Source: Ramazzottius varieornatus | Lineage: Eukaryota; Animalia; Tardigrada | Assembly (NCBI GenBank): GCA_001949185.1 | Contig: BDGG01000005.1 | Coordinates: 1,539,249-1,603,248 of the forward strand | Reading direction: 5' to 3' | Length of the DNA stretch: 64,000 bases | In this document: piece by piece, positions 1 through 10,577 of the stretch | How positions within the stretch are numbered: position 1 is the first letter of the stretch | Layout: each line of letters starts with the position of its first letter | The notes under the pieces: model-generated | Databases searched by the model: none | Told to the model about the DNA's origin: nothing | The model's input: only the letters and a program-made list of their open reading frames with translations | Position numbers and translations under genes: made by a program

Positions 1-821
1 CTTGAATGCGACTCTTTATTGGCTTCGATGCGACGAGCACGGTCTTCCTTGTCCTGTTTCAGTTGGTCGAGAATCTTTTGACGGTGCGCAGCGTCTTGGC
101 GGCGTTCTTTCTCCATGTCTTGACGAGTTTGTTCAGCGAGGCGTTCTTGACGTTGCTTCTCGGCTGCTTTGGCCAGCTGTCCGTCGTCTCGACGCTTAGC
201 TTCCTTTTCCTTCTCAGCAGCTTCCGCTTCTTTCTCTCGACGTCTGCGGATCTCAGCGATGCGCTCTTGGGCACGAGCAACGGCAGCTTGGACGTCCGGA
301 GTGGAAGCCGTGGCTGGAACTGAAGAGGAATTATTATCAGGGTTGACATACTGTGAATACAAATCATCTTCAGGATTAGGGTTATTTCTAACGACGGTAG
401 AAGGTTGTTGGTGAGTCCCAGCGATGTTTTGTGACGATGAAGATGCTGTGGGGATGTCGGTGCGTTCGCGCTGCCACGTGTCCAAACCTTCCAGTAGATC
501 GTTGATGAAGCTTTCCTTATCGACTGCTGTGGATGTGAAGAGAAGGAGACCGTTAGCCCCGTCGATGAACTGGATGGCGGGGATCGAAGCAACGGGGTAA
601 ATGGAATGGAGGTTCTCGTAGTCGCGAGTGCCTTGTTCGATGCGGATCAAGAAGACATCTTCGCCTTTGGAGCGGATGATCGAGACGACGTCGCTCTGCT
701 CCAAGATCTGTTCCACGTATGCAGAATCCCCGTTGTTGTTTCTGATGAAGACGACTAAGACACCTCTCCGCTGCTTACACAGCTGGATGGCTTCTTCCAC
801 TGACTTTTGATAGAAGGCCAT
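1..821 (-). CDS. UBXN4: UBX domain-containing protein 4 (erasin/UBXD2), 5' part; runs off the window start
   Basis: Open frame from ATG at 821, missed by the ORF track because it has no stop in the window. It reads MAFYQKSVEEAIQLCKQRRGVLVVFIRN...LHSIYPVASIPAIQFIDGANG (thioredoxin-like N-domain typical of UBXN4), then a charged coiled coil AQERIAEIRRRREKE...HRQKILDQLKQDKEDRARR. A ttccag acceptor just before the ATG suggests a 5'UTR intron. Confidence 0.85.
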   Translation of the reverse strand, partial: MAFYQKSVEEAIQLCKQRRGVLVVFIRNNNGDSAYVEQILEQSDVVSIIRSKGEDVFLIRIEQGTRDYENLHSIYPVASIPAIQFIDGANGLLLFTSTAVDKESFINDLLEGLDTWQRERTDIPTASSSSQNIAGTHQQPSTVVRNNPNPEDDLYSQYVNPDNNSSSVPATASTPDVQAAVARAQERIAEIRRRREKEAEAAEKEKEAKRRDDGQLAKAAEKQRQERLAEQTRQDMEKERRQDAAHRQKILDQLKQDKEDRARRIEANKESHS

Positions 822-1752
822 CCTGGAAGAATAAAGGAACTCTTTGCAGGCTGATGCAAACAGCTGATATGGAACGGATTCCTAGCGCCTACAGAACCTG
901 CTTTCGCACTTACGTCGATGATTAAAGTTCCGAAGAAGAGCTCCAGACCTTTGGACAATCGCTGGGACTAAGAACAACCGGTCGTAAGCGGAGTGCGAAG
1001 TCGCCTCTTCCGAGTACCGATCTCGCGAAGCTGGAAGAAAAATACAAAAATATAATACGAATACGAGGTATCGTTTGGCAGAAGGGCGGTCCCGGGGCAG
1101 AACGTCGAATTTTAGGGGATGACTTGAGAGAAGCCTCTCCAGTTTCAGAGATTCGCTTCCACAAAGGAGTCAAGCCGATCGCTAAAGGATGGTTCGGTCA
1201 ACGATGGTCTTCTCGCCATGCACAGAAGAAATGAGAGACATTCTGAGCCAGGTACCGTCAACTCTTTACAGACCACGAGACTTTCCCCATGCTTTCGTCA
1301 CGCGAGGTGCTTATTCGCCTGAGCGTACCGCGATCGGGTTCCTGTATAGTGTAGATTCGGGCACTTTCGAAGCACTTGTAGACTATCAGCTACCTGTACA
1401 TTAAAGTAAAACCGTTCAGGACGGGAGTCGACAAAGTAGCGAAACATATCTTCGGTTATGTGAACGACAGTATGTCTTCGAGATTCCCGTTGATGATAAC
1501 GGGTTATCCGACCACGAACCATGTGTTGACGCCCGCTGGGAAAACAATGTACGCCCGCGAAAGTCCTTCGAACGCTGCGAACAAGCATAGATACAAAAGT
1601 TACCCTTACCCGCCTGTTTGAACTGAGAGTGACACAATTTTTTTTGGGCCAGCTTGCTATGCAGAACAGTTTCTCAGTTTCGCTGTTTTTCCAAGAACGT
1701 TTTGCTTAATCACCGGATAGATAGAAGAATAAAAAACAGTTGTGATAGCTGT

Positions 1753-4700
1753 TCAGAGCCAGGCATCTTTCGAAGCTAGAAAATCATCGTCATGTATAAA
1801 AGGCAGGTCAAGTGACTTGATCAAGGCAGTCCCACAGAACAGACATTCATCAGCAATAATATCCGCCAGTTCCATCCTGAGTTCATCCCGTCGACTGATG
1901 GCATGCGCCGCTGCAGACGAGACCGAATACATGGACGAAGCGTCATCGTGGTCCTTCAGCTGGTCGATCTGCTTCCTCAAGTCATCCATAAGCACCAAAC
2001 TCGATCTCGGTAAATGCTGTCTGATACTCAACACTAGACAGTCCTCATGCACATGATGTCGACAGTCAAACAAGAAGAGATGCTGAGTTAATAACAACTG
2101 TTTGCAAATCACACAAGTGTCGTTTTGTCCAACGGTTATCGAATGGCTCTTATACTCTTGAATATCTCTTCGGAGATCGTCAGCTTCGCTCGTCGCTTCC
2201 GCTACTTCGTTCTTCAGTTCGTTGATGTGAAGGTTGTAGCCTTCGAGTGACTGACAGATGGCTTCTTTAAAGTCGTCAATGGTGACAAAGTCAGGGAAGA
2301 ATGGGAGAATGTCTTCGATCTTGATGACGTTGTCAGACTCGCGGAGCACCAGCGTGGCTTTGGAGATGTCAAAGTCTTTGCTGATGACGTGCTGGGCGAT
2401 CAGGAGCCACAGCTTCTTCGAAAGGGTTTGGTCGATGTTGGTAGCGGATTTGGCGATGCTTTTGGCGAGAGACAGGTCGAAGGTTAAAGCGAGTTCCACT
2501 GCTTCGGTGGTCAGGCCGAGAAGACGGTAAAGATGGACAGCCGCACGATTCAAACCGGTTTCCACGCAGAGACGAAGCGCAGACATGCGATCGTACAACT
2601 GAAACAACGGAATAGGTTATCAGTTGTCTGAACAAAACACGCCTCTCAATTCGAACACAAAGATCAGTATAACTATCTTGATAGGACGAACAGACAGGAA
2701 ACAAAAGGACACTACAATTCCTCAAAGCACCTGCATACACCGCATCCTACATTAAGTGGGAGCCGGAAGTATGCAGGTGTCTGATCATTGCGGGTATTGC
2801 TTAGCGATCTCATGTCGAAAGCTATATCACTTACTTCCAACGATCTTCTGGTTGATTCCTCGTCAGCAACGAGCAAGTAGTTCATCAGTGCGTCTTCCTT
2901 CTTTGAGCGACAGTACAGCGTTAGCAGGTAGTTGTGAAGCGTCGCGTCGCCGGTCGCCAAGTTATGGACGCAGTGTTCCAAGTACCGGATGATCTCCGAC
3001 AGAGCTTCCGTGTTCACTGCCACGCTCTCTTCGAAACGCTGGAAGGATGGAAGTAGTCGATGAGGGTCCAGCATTCTTCCCTTTGATATCCAAATGTCCA
3101 CAGTCGGCTTCGGAACATGACGGATAAGCTGTGTGGAAAATTCGTACATCAAGTCAGGGTTGTCCTGCGTGGCTAGCAGATGCAGGGCTTCCTTGTATTG
3201 ATCACGTTCTAAGTGGAAGACCAGGAGGCGCCGGACATCGTTTAAGAATGTTGCAAAGAAGACATAGTCGTCGTAAGCGCTGTGACTTTGTAGAAGAGCG
3301 AAGAAAAAGTCGGAGGAGGTGTGGAATGTTTGTTGGAAGAGCGGGTTGATGAGGAATGTGCGAAACTCGACGAGGCATTCCCGAAACGCCGCGCTGTCTT
3401 GAGTCTAAAAACAACCCAAAACGAATTGTTAACAGTGAAACTGTTTGATGGTTGAAGATTGTCAAACAGTCCCTCACACTGAACGTCTAGACATTTAACC
3501 GCACCAAAGCTAGGCCAGTGTTTCGTACAGCGGCAAATACCATCGTAGAGATAGGTAAGTATGTAGGTCTCCGATCCTAAGCAATTATATTTGATTTCTT
3601 ATGTGAATAATCACGAAAACATTACCGTGCTGCTGCGGAGGTGGCCTAAAGCGTTTAAATAGATCTCCATCAGCCATGAGCAGATCATGAACAGTTGGGC
3701 GGACGGAGCATGTGGTTGGCCTTGGAAGGACTGGGCTTTGCGGAGCAGAAGGGTCTTCAGAGCCTTTTCTTGCCCCAACCGACTAAACTTCAGTGAGATC
3801 TCTTCGAATGGCGCCTCGGTCGTGGCGAACAGTTCAGCGCTTTCTTCATACTTTCCGTTCTTGAGAAGATGTTCCGCCTTGCAGATACGAACCAGGTTGA
3901 TGTTGCTCGGATTACCTTCGGCATATCTGAAACCAAAAAGAGATAAACAACTTGCTGCACCTTTTAAAAACCTGCATACCACCCCACCATCGCATCTTAC
4001 GGGCCATTGTATGCAGATACATGAAATTGATTACCTTAAAGCAGCGTCGTAGTCTCCTTTATCCAGGTAGATTCTCCAAGCATTCTTGCTTTCCTCCGTA
4101 ATCTTGTACTTATAGATGGCGCTCTCAGCGTACACCCATACAGTTCCCGAGGCCGGATCCCTCGTGATACCCATCACCTTCCCATACCGGTCACCGAATG
4201 GGTCCTCAAAGACGAGAGTACCCGACAGCTTCGACAGGACTTTCACCACGCTGTTGTACTGGATCAGGACATGAAACTGTGTGCAGACTACGCTGTTCGG
4301 TCGATTAGTTTTATCCTTGGCGAACGTGAAGAGCTGTGGGTTGATCAGGATAGGATCATCAGACCTGTTGGACGCTACAGGCTGGTTACCTGCTTCCGCG
4401 TAGTACACTCCGGGCTCTGTCAACCACGCGAAGGACAGCGAGGCTTTGTGAGAAGTTATTTGCTCGGAAGATGGACGCCATACTGACAGGCAGCAGTTTC
4501 GAGGGCTACCCGGAAGTTCGAGAAAGTTCGTCATGGGCTTGTCGGAATCTATCACGAAGATTTCGTGGAAGAACGGCGGCTCGGAAACTAGGCCGGCGAT
4601 GCCTGTGGAGTAAAAAACGGATGGAGAATGGGCGATGAAACGGAGGGTAAGTAAAATAACATTTCAGGGTAAATAAAATACCTTTGAAATGATAGAGACG

Positions 4701-5647
4701 GGTTGGAGTAGCCACCAAGACGATATACGTGGATGACGAAGAAGCTTCGCTTAACTTCGCGAAGGCGATACCTTTGATCAGGATCGGCTCAGGTTGAGCC
4801 AGATTACACACTTGCTTCCAGTAGTTCTCGAGATTGGAGTTCATGAAGCTTCCAAAGCCTTCACTAGCTGCCACATTGAACTCTGTCTCGAAGATGACGC
4901 CTTGGGCGGTGCCAAGTAAGATCGGACCGTTCTTTTGGGATGCTTGACCGCTGTCGTAGTTCCATGCCACGGCGGTAAGAATATGGGTCTTCAGCTTTGA
5001 CAGAGCACGAGGTTTCTTGATACTTCGACCGTAGTACAGACATTCCCCAGAACGCATGGTGACTAGCATGTTCCGTCCGGAAGGATCCAGGAAGACATCG
5101 TCGATGGTGTCGCCCGCGGACGAACTCTTGACTTCTAAGGTTTCGACTGCGTATGGCGAAGTCTTTAGGTCGATACGAAGTAACGTGTTGTTCTTTGTGG
5201 CAAGAACGATCAGCTTGTCGCAGACTACCATTCGGTACAGCAATTCACCAGCCGGAAGTCTGCAAGAAGGTACTGTAAAGCTAACTTGTGCAGCTTCGCA
5301 TATTCGTTCACGAATGACGTCACAGAACACCAACGATGACAAACCACTCTTGATGTTCGTCAGTGCGCGGGTTCATCCGAATAAGATCGGTTCACACCCC
5401 TCTGAATAAGAACATTGTAAGACGAGCATAAAGTGAAGCGTACTTACTGAAAGTCGACTCGCTGTTTACTGAATGTTGGCTGTTCCGATGGATCGGAAGA
5501 AAATCCTTTCTGGCCGCTTTTACCGGGAAGAAATGGATTTTTTCCTGCGACCGGAAGTCGCTGACTCGAGGACGTCGCTCCAGCACTGCTGGCGGAATGT
5601 CTCGCCTGGCCCTGTATCTGCTCATACTGCTCCAACAACGAACTCAT
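1753..5647 (-). CDS. VPS18: Vacuolar protein sorting 18 (Pep3/deep orange; HOPS/CORVET subunit), spliced
   Basis: N-terminus MSSLLEQYE...PTFSKQRVDF, beta-propeller segment (LLRIDL, FLDPSG, ILLGT), Pep3 domain (TQFHVL..RDP..WVY), clathrin-like repeat (KKLWLLIAQHV, IKIEDILPFFPDFVTIDDFKEAIC) and C-terminal RING (CVIC...CRHHVHEDC...ECLFCG). Exons joined by GT-AG introns, e.g. 5447-5260. Confidence 0.95.
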
Positions 5648-5719
5648 GATGATGCCTTGGTAAATAAGATAATGCACATCCAGAAGGAAAAAGATGCTCG
5701 GGAACGGGAAGATAATTTA

Positions 5720-5896
5720 GAGATTGCGAGCGAAAGAGCACTAGTACAAGTCGACACGCACAGGAACATCGGGACATCATAGGAACAAGTTCGTCTCGTA
5801 GGCGCTGTGTTAAAAGAGCCGCACAATGTTTACATATGATGGCACTATGTTCCTGTGCGTATCGAATGGCACTGGTGCGCTTTCGCTCGCAATCTG
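5720..5896. mobile_element. Tc1/mariner-type MITE (~177 bp) just upstream of the VPS18 ATG
   Basis: Imperfect ~68-bp terminal inverted repeats (agattgcgagcgaaag...acgcacaggaacat... and reverse complement ending cgctcgcaatctg), flanked by TA at 5718-5719 and 5897-5898. Confidence 0.7.
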
Positions 5897-6560
5897 TATA
5901 GTAGAGTGGATACATTCTGTTCGCGTTTTCCACAGAAGGCAAAAGACCAGTGCCACGTCAGAGGGCGCCGTACGATGTTCCAGCAACCAGTTTTCACTAC
6001 CAACCACCGCTCGATATTGAACCCAGCGGCCAACCATGCTCGCGATTTGCAACCTTCTGGTTAGACCTCCATTACAGTCCTACCTCCGAGATGTGACAAT
6101 TGCTTCTTCCGCGACCGTAACATCAATTTTGCATGAGACGGCCCGCCAAACTTTGAGCAACACGATCAGCTGATCGACGATTTGTTCAAGGTTGACTTGA
6201 TCAAGTAATCAAGTTGTATACATCCAATCAGCTGATCGGTCTCTGGGCGAACAGTGTGGTGGGCAGGCTGGTGGAAATATGAACCGTTCAAAATCAAAAT
6301 CGGGCGTTCGAACTGTCACATCTCAGAGGTAGGACTGTACTGTGAGTTTGAACTGCGCATCCACTGACTCCATTCTGACTCCATTTGCCCTGACACTGAG
6401 ATGGACAGTGGTCTTTGTCTGAGATTCATGGAAAACTTCGGACGTAAGCCTTGTAAATTGCATTGTACACGTACCTGGCTGACTTTTGTTCAGCGTTGGC
6501 AAGGTTCTCTTTTGTTTTTGTTGTTTACGACAGGACAATCCCGCAAGCTATCCGCCCGCC

Positions 6561-8089
6561 ATGCCTCGGTCGACGCGATCGAATGCCAAGCATCTGATCA
6601 GCGGGCGGGTCATTGAAGAAAGCTCGCAACCTTTTTCTCCTGGTGATCCACTGGATGAAGACGACGATCGCCCAACGACACGGCAGAAACAAAAGCAGCT
6701 AGATTCTGTGACGTCTGCCGAGACACTTGGAGATTCTTCACCCAAGTCCGCTGGACGCAAAGTCCATTACGCCACCAAAAGCCTCAAAGCTAGGCGGAGG
6801 GAATCAAGCCTCGACGAATCAAGCTCGGAAAGTTCCGACGACAGCGAAACTAATAGCGAAAGCTCAGAGGATCGACGGAGCTTTGGAAGTGAACTAGAAG
6901 AGCTCGGGAGCGACGTCAGCAGCCACTCGAGTGGCTTCATGGATTCCGACGAAGATCAAGTCGATGACGGCGAAGCGCAGCCACAGAAGGCAAATACACC
7001 TTCTAGCTCCACAGGTACGCCAATGAAAAGCTTAGAATCTATTAAGATTGTGATTTTGTCAGTCAAAATTATATCGATTATCTCCAAATCATATGAACTA
7101 CATACTTACAGCAAAAGCTAATCTCGCGGTTGCGTGTGAGTATGCAGGTGGATGAAATGTTATGACACTTCGTTTGCTGATTTGCCAAGTCGCGCAGCAG
7201 GTTTTTGACGATCTGTGTTTCTAGGAAAGAAGCAGTGCGCATTCTGCGACAGCAAGCTGGAAAGAGTCGGGGCGAAGTATTGTTCGCGATTATGTTCGAA
7301 CCGCCACAATGCTGACAAGCATAAAGGGACGAAGCGGAGAGAACGAGAGGTGTCCCTTCAGAGTTCCGGTTCGCGCACCAGATCCGCGCAGCGGAGAAAG
7401 AAGAAAAGCCTGTTTCCCACTTTCTTCGACGACGATCTGGAATCGGAGTCTGTGTATTCCGAGAACCTAAAACCGTCCACAAGCAAGATAAGTGGAAAGA
7501 CGTCTAAACCAGGGAAGAAACCCGAATCAGATGACGCATCACGCCAGTCGCCAGAAATCGAACTTCCCTCGCCTACATCTTCCCGCGCTACAAAGCCTTC
7601 TTCCGATCCGGCAGACAGTAAACCCGAGAGACGCAGAGCAGCCAAATATGTCTCTCAGGTTGCCCGTGAGTATCTGAGCCACAGGTCGGAATTCGTACAG
7701 AAGCTCATCACGGAGAAGCCTGTTGCTTCGTGGGATGTAAGTGAAGACTTGTCTGGATTAATATGACGAATACAGAGTTTCGGCATCTCGCTTCTTTTCA
7801 TTAGGTGATGGAAACAGCCGCGTTTATTCAGTCGGTTCCAACGCTCGAGTACCTGACCGCGCATTTCGTCGAGAACGAGATAGATGGCCAGTGCTTGTTA
7901 CTTTTCGACGTCTCCACCTGGTCGTCAGGTTTCGGGATTAAGATCGGCCATGCTACCAAGGTGTGGGACAGAGCACAGGAATTGTTGAACATCCAGAGAA
8001 CTTACGTGTTGGAAAAGTGGTACAAAGACCTTCCCACACGCGTTGCAGAAGCGGTTGCTCAGATGGAAGCTACTTCGATCAAAGCATGA
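6561..8089 (+). CDS. Polyhomeotic/Scm-like protein: acidic/Ser-rich N-terminus, FCS-type zinc finger, C-terminal SAM domain
   Basis: Exons 6561-7014, 7225-7736 and 7805-8089 with GT-AG introns in compatible phase. CAFCDSKLERVGAKYCSRLC is an FCS-type C4 finger. PVASWDVMETAAFIQSVP...FVENEIDGQCLLL...GIKIGHATKV is a Ph/Scm-class SAM. Confidence 0.75.
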
Positions 8090-8221
8090 AGCATGGTATT
8101 TTCGTCCCCTTATCTCATTCACGACACATTTTCTGTTCGACTATACTATCTTTTGTACATTTGGTCGAGCCTGTCCATGCTTCCAGGTTCAACTCTAGAA
8201 AAATGCATTTTGTGTTGGTTT

Positions 8222-8343
8222 TGGGAGGTCGGCAGACGAATCGTACAAGATCGTTACATCAAGTGGTGCACGTGGTGAGCGAATAACATGTTCGTGCGCC
8301 ACTTGATGTAACGATCTTGTACCATTTGTTTATCGAACACCCA
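8222..8343. repeat. GGCGCAC palindrome family, copy A (between convergent Ph-like and astacin 3' ends)
   Basis: 30-bp arms 8243-8272 and 8293-8322 with 1 mismatch; outer arms tgggaggtcggcag.../...tcgaacaccca; 22-nt spacer. Confidence 0.9.
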
Positions 8344-8446
8344 TTTAACTGATGTGCTATAAAGTACATCTCGCGTGCAGCAGAGCGAACTATGATTCGT
8401 TTGCTTATGAGTATTCGATTTTTTTATCGAATTCTGGTGGAGACGT

Positions 8447-9862
8447 TCACGTTGCTATCTTCGGATACATGAGGTTGATCTTCTTGATATCCAAAGGACT
8501 GTAGCCCTCCCGTTGACCGATGGGGGTATCTTGCATGGGTACCTTAGGCTGAATGGTCCACAAGCTTCTGTCGATCGCGAATGAGTAGCGATGGTAATGA
8601 AGTATGGAATCGTAGTCGTAAGGAACCCCAAAAGTCGTACTTTGGTCGTACTTGAGAAAGTTATGACGCTGAGCTGCAAAGTTGCTCTGATGGAAACTTC
8701 CCTTTTCAAAACATTAAAGTTAGTATTATATCGTCGGAGAGTCTAACCTACTTGTTTGAATGTTATCCCAGTTCAGGTCAACATAGTCATCCCGATCTGT
8801 ACGAGCTTGTTCATGAAAGAAACCTGCAGTGAAGGATTCCGGGTCAAGTCTCCACGACTTTTACCTTCAAGCCATTGGCCGCTTACCGATAGCATGGGTG
8901 ATTTCGTGAATAATAATCCCATGTGTCATGCACTCTACAGAATACTTCGGTGAATTTATTCATACAGTAAAACTACCTGCGTTTTTCTCACATATGGAAC
9001 TCAGACAAACAGTATCGACTGGATCATTTTTCCAAAGGGCGCAACTCCCCAGTATCACTGGTTGTGAGCGTGCGCCATTTGGTAAAACGATGTTGTCGAG
9101 TTCGGCTACCGAGGTGCCATATACTGTGTATTAATATTTTGCAATGCGCACTGGATAGTAAGGGCTGATCGGGACCGGGAACTTCAAGGTTGATGATTTG
9201 CTTGCCGCCGACCCGTCCGACGGAGCTGTAACATCTGCAAAAACGGACCGGTTTACGAACGACTAGTTTCATGTAGGTCGGAAGGCTTTTACTTATATTA
9301 CCCGCTGTCTTTATCGCCTTTTTGGATAAAGACATAATCCTTTTGAAAGGTGCGCTTGATGAACTTGATGTTGGTATTTTCAGTGATCTCTAACATGGCC
9401 TTCTTGATGGCTTCCTGATGATCACTGGCTGGAGAAAAGCACGGTTAGTCCAAACGAAGACTGCAGATATCTACACCCAAAACGTGACCTACAGAAAGTG
9501 TTCGAAGCGCCAAATGGTATTTCTCCTTTAGGCCACCGGTTCACCAGGATGCCATTGGTCAGGTGGTCTTGGAGTCTTTTCTGCAACCCAAAAAGGAACC
9601 GTCAGTGAAGGCAGAACCATTATGACAGTTTATGCCTCATGGATGTGAAACTGACCAGTCCTTCTGCGGTTTTGAACTCTCGGAGGTTCAGTCCCACACC
9701 GACGATATCTCCTTCGAACAAGTCATTCCGCACTAGGTCGTCGGGATCCTCTCGGACACCACGAGGTAGAGACGGGGCTGCCTTGACAAGAACACAAAGG
9801 ATCGCGCAAAAAATGACAGCAGCAGCGACAAGTCCGCCCAAAAGCGACCGGAAGTTCTTCAT
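8447..9862 (-). CDS. Secreted astacin-family (M12A) zinc metalloprotease
   Basis: Signal peptide, prodomain LFEGDI, mature NRWPKGEIP, GCYSSVGR, zinc motif HEITHAIGFFHEQARTDRD (split by an intron), PYDYDSILHY and IGQREGYSPLDIKKINLMY. Stop at 8447-8449. Confidence 0.92.
8995..9119. repeat. GGCGCAC palindrome family copy (astacin intron)
   Basis: ttttccaaagggcgcaa-N25-gtgcgccatttggtaaaa, with degenerate outer arms. Confidence 0.8.
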
Positions 9863-10577
9863 GGTTCCCACCCTCCGAAGGGTTCCTGCCAAGGACAGCT
9901 AAAATGTTCAGCGGAATCTATATATCCGGATGAACTGCAGGAAATGGAGGAAGAATGGCCTTCAAACGAATGCGACTTTGTTCTTAGTTGTCGCTTGTCC
10001 GTAATCTTTTAGACACCTGTGGTACAAAGTATATTGTAGACAATCTGTTTTATGACGCATTTAGCTTTGCAGGTACAGTACTTGAATAGTTTCACGTACG
10101 AAAGTTGCCACAAGAAGAAGTGTTGTCCTCGGACTTGAGGTTGTAGATACGAAGTGTCCAGTGTGATAAGCAATCATCGGGACCCGGAACAAGCATACCT
10201 TCGGAATACCTTCCCATCATGCCAGCTTCGCATGGCCAATGGGTTCGTTGTTACGGCACACATGTTTCCGTGTTGGTTACAGTTAGACCGGCGGAGAATG
10301 TACCCTCCAAGAACCCTCTTATCTTCGGAGTGATAGTTAACAATGGTTCCGGCAATAAATTTCACGGAGGGGTAGGCAGCGATGTCCGGACGGAAATGTG
10401 GAATGAAAAGATTAGCCGTCTAATCAGAACTCCGCACAGATAAAGGCCATGTTCGAGACGGGTGAAATTTTCTAAATTTCATACAGTAGGTATTCGAGGT
10501 CCAGCTGGTTTCGTGATCACTCGATCCATTGTCGGCATTAGAGGGTCGTAGAGTGGACCTGACCAACAGCCGACAAG

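Noticed and set aside
2-810. ORF-track ORFs over the first 800 bp (e.g. 59..592 -, 6..323 +)
   Set aside because: These are shadow frames of the real UBXN4 frame, which the track omitted because it has no stop in the window.
5283-5401. Possible extra or poison exon in VPS18 intron 1
   Set aside because: It has AG/GT-like borders, but direct splicing 5448 to 5259 gives the conserved protein, and it cannot be supported without transcripts.
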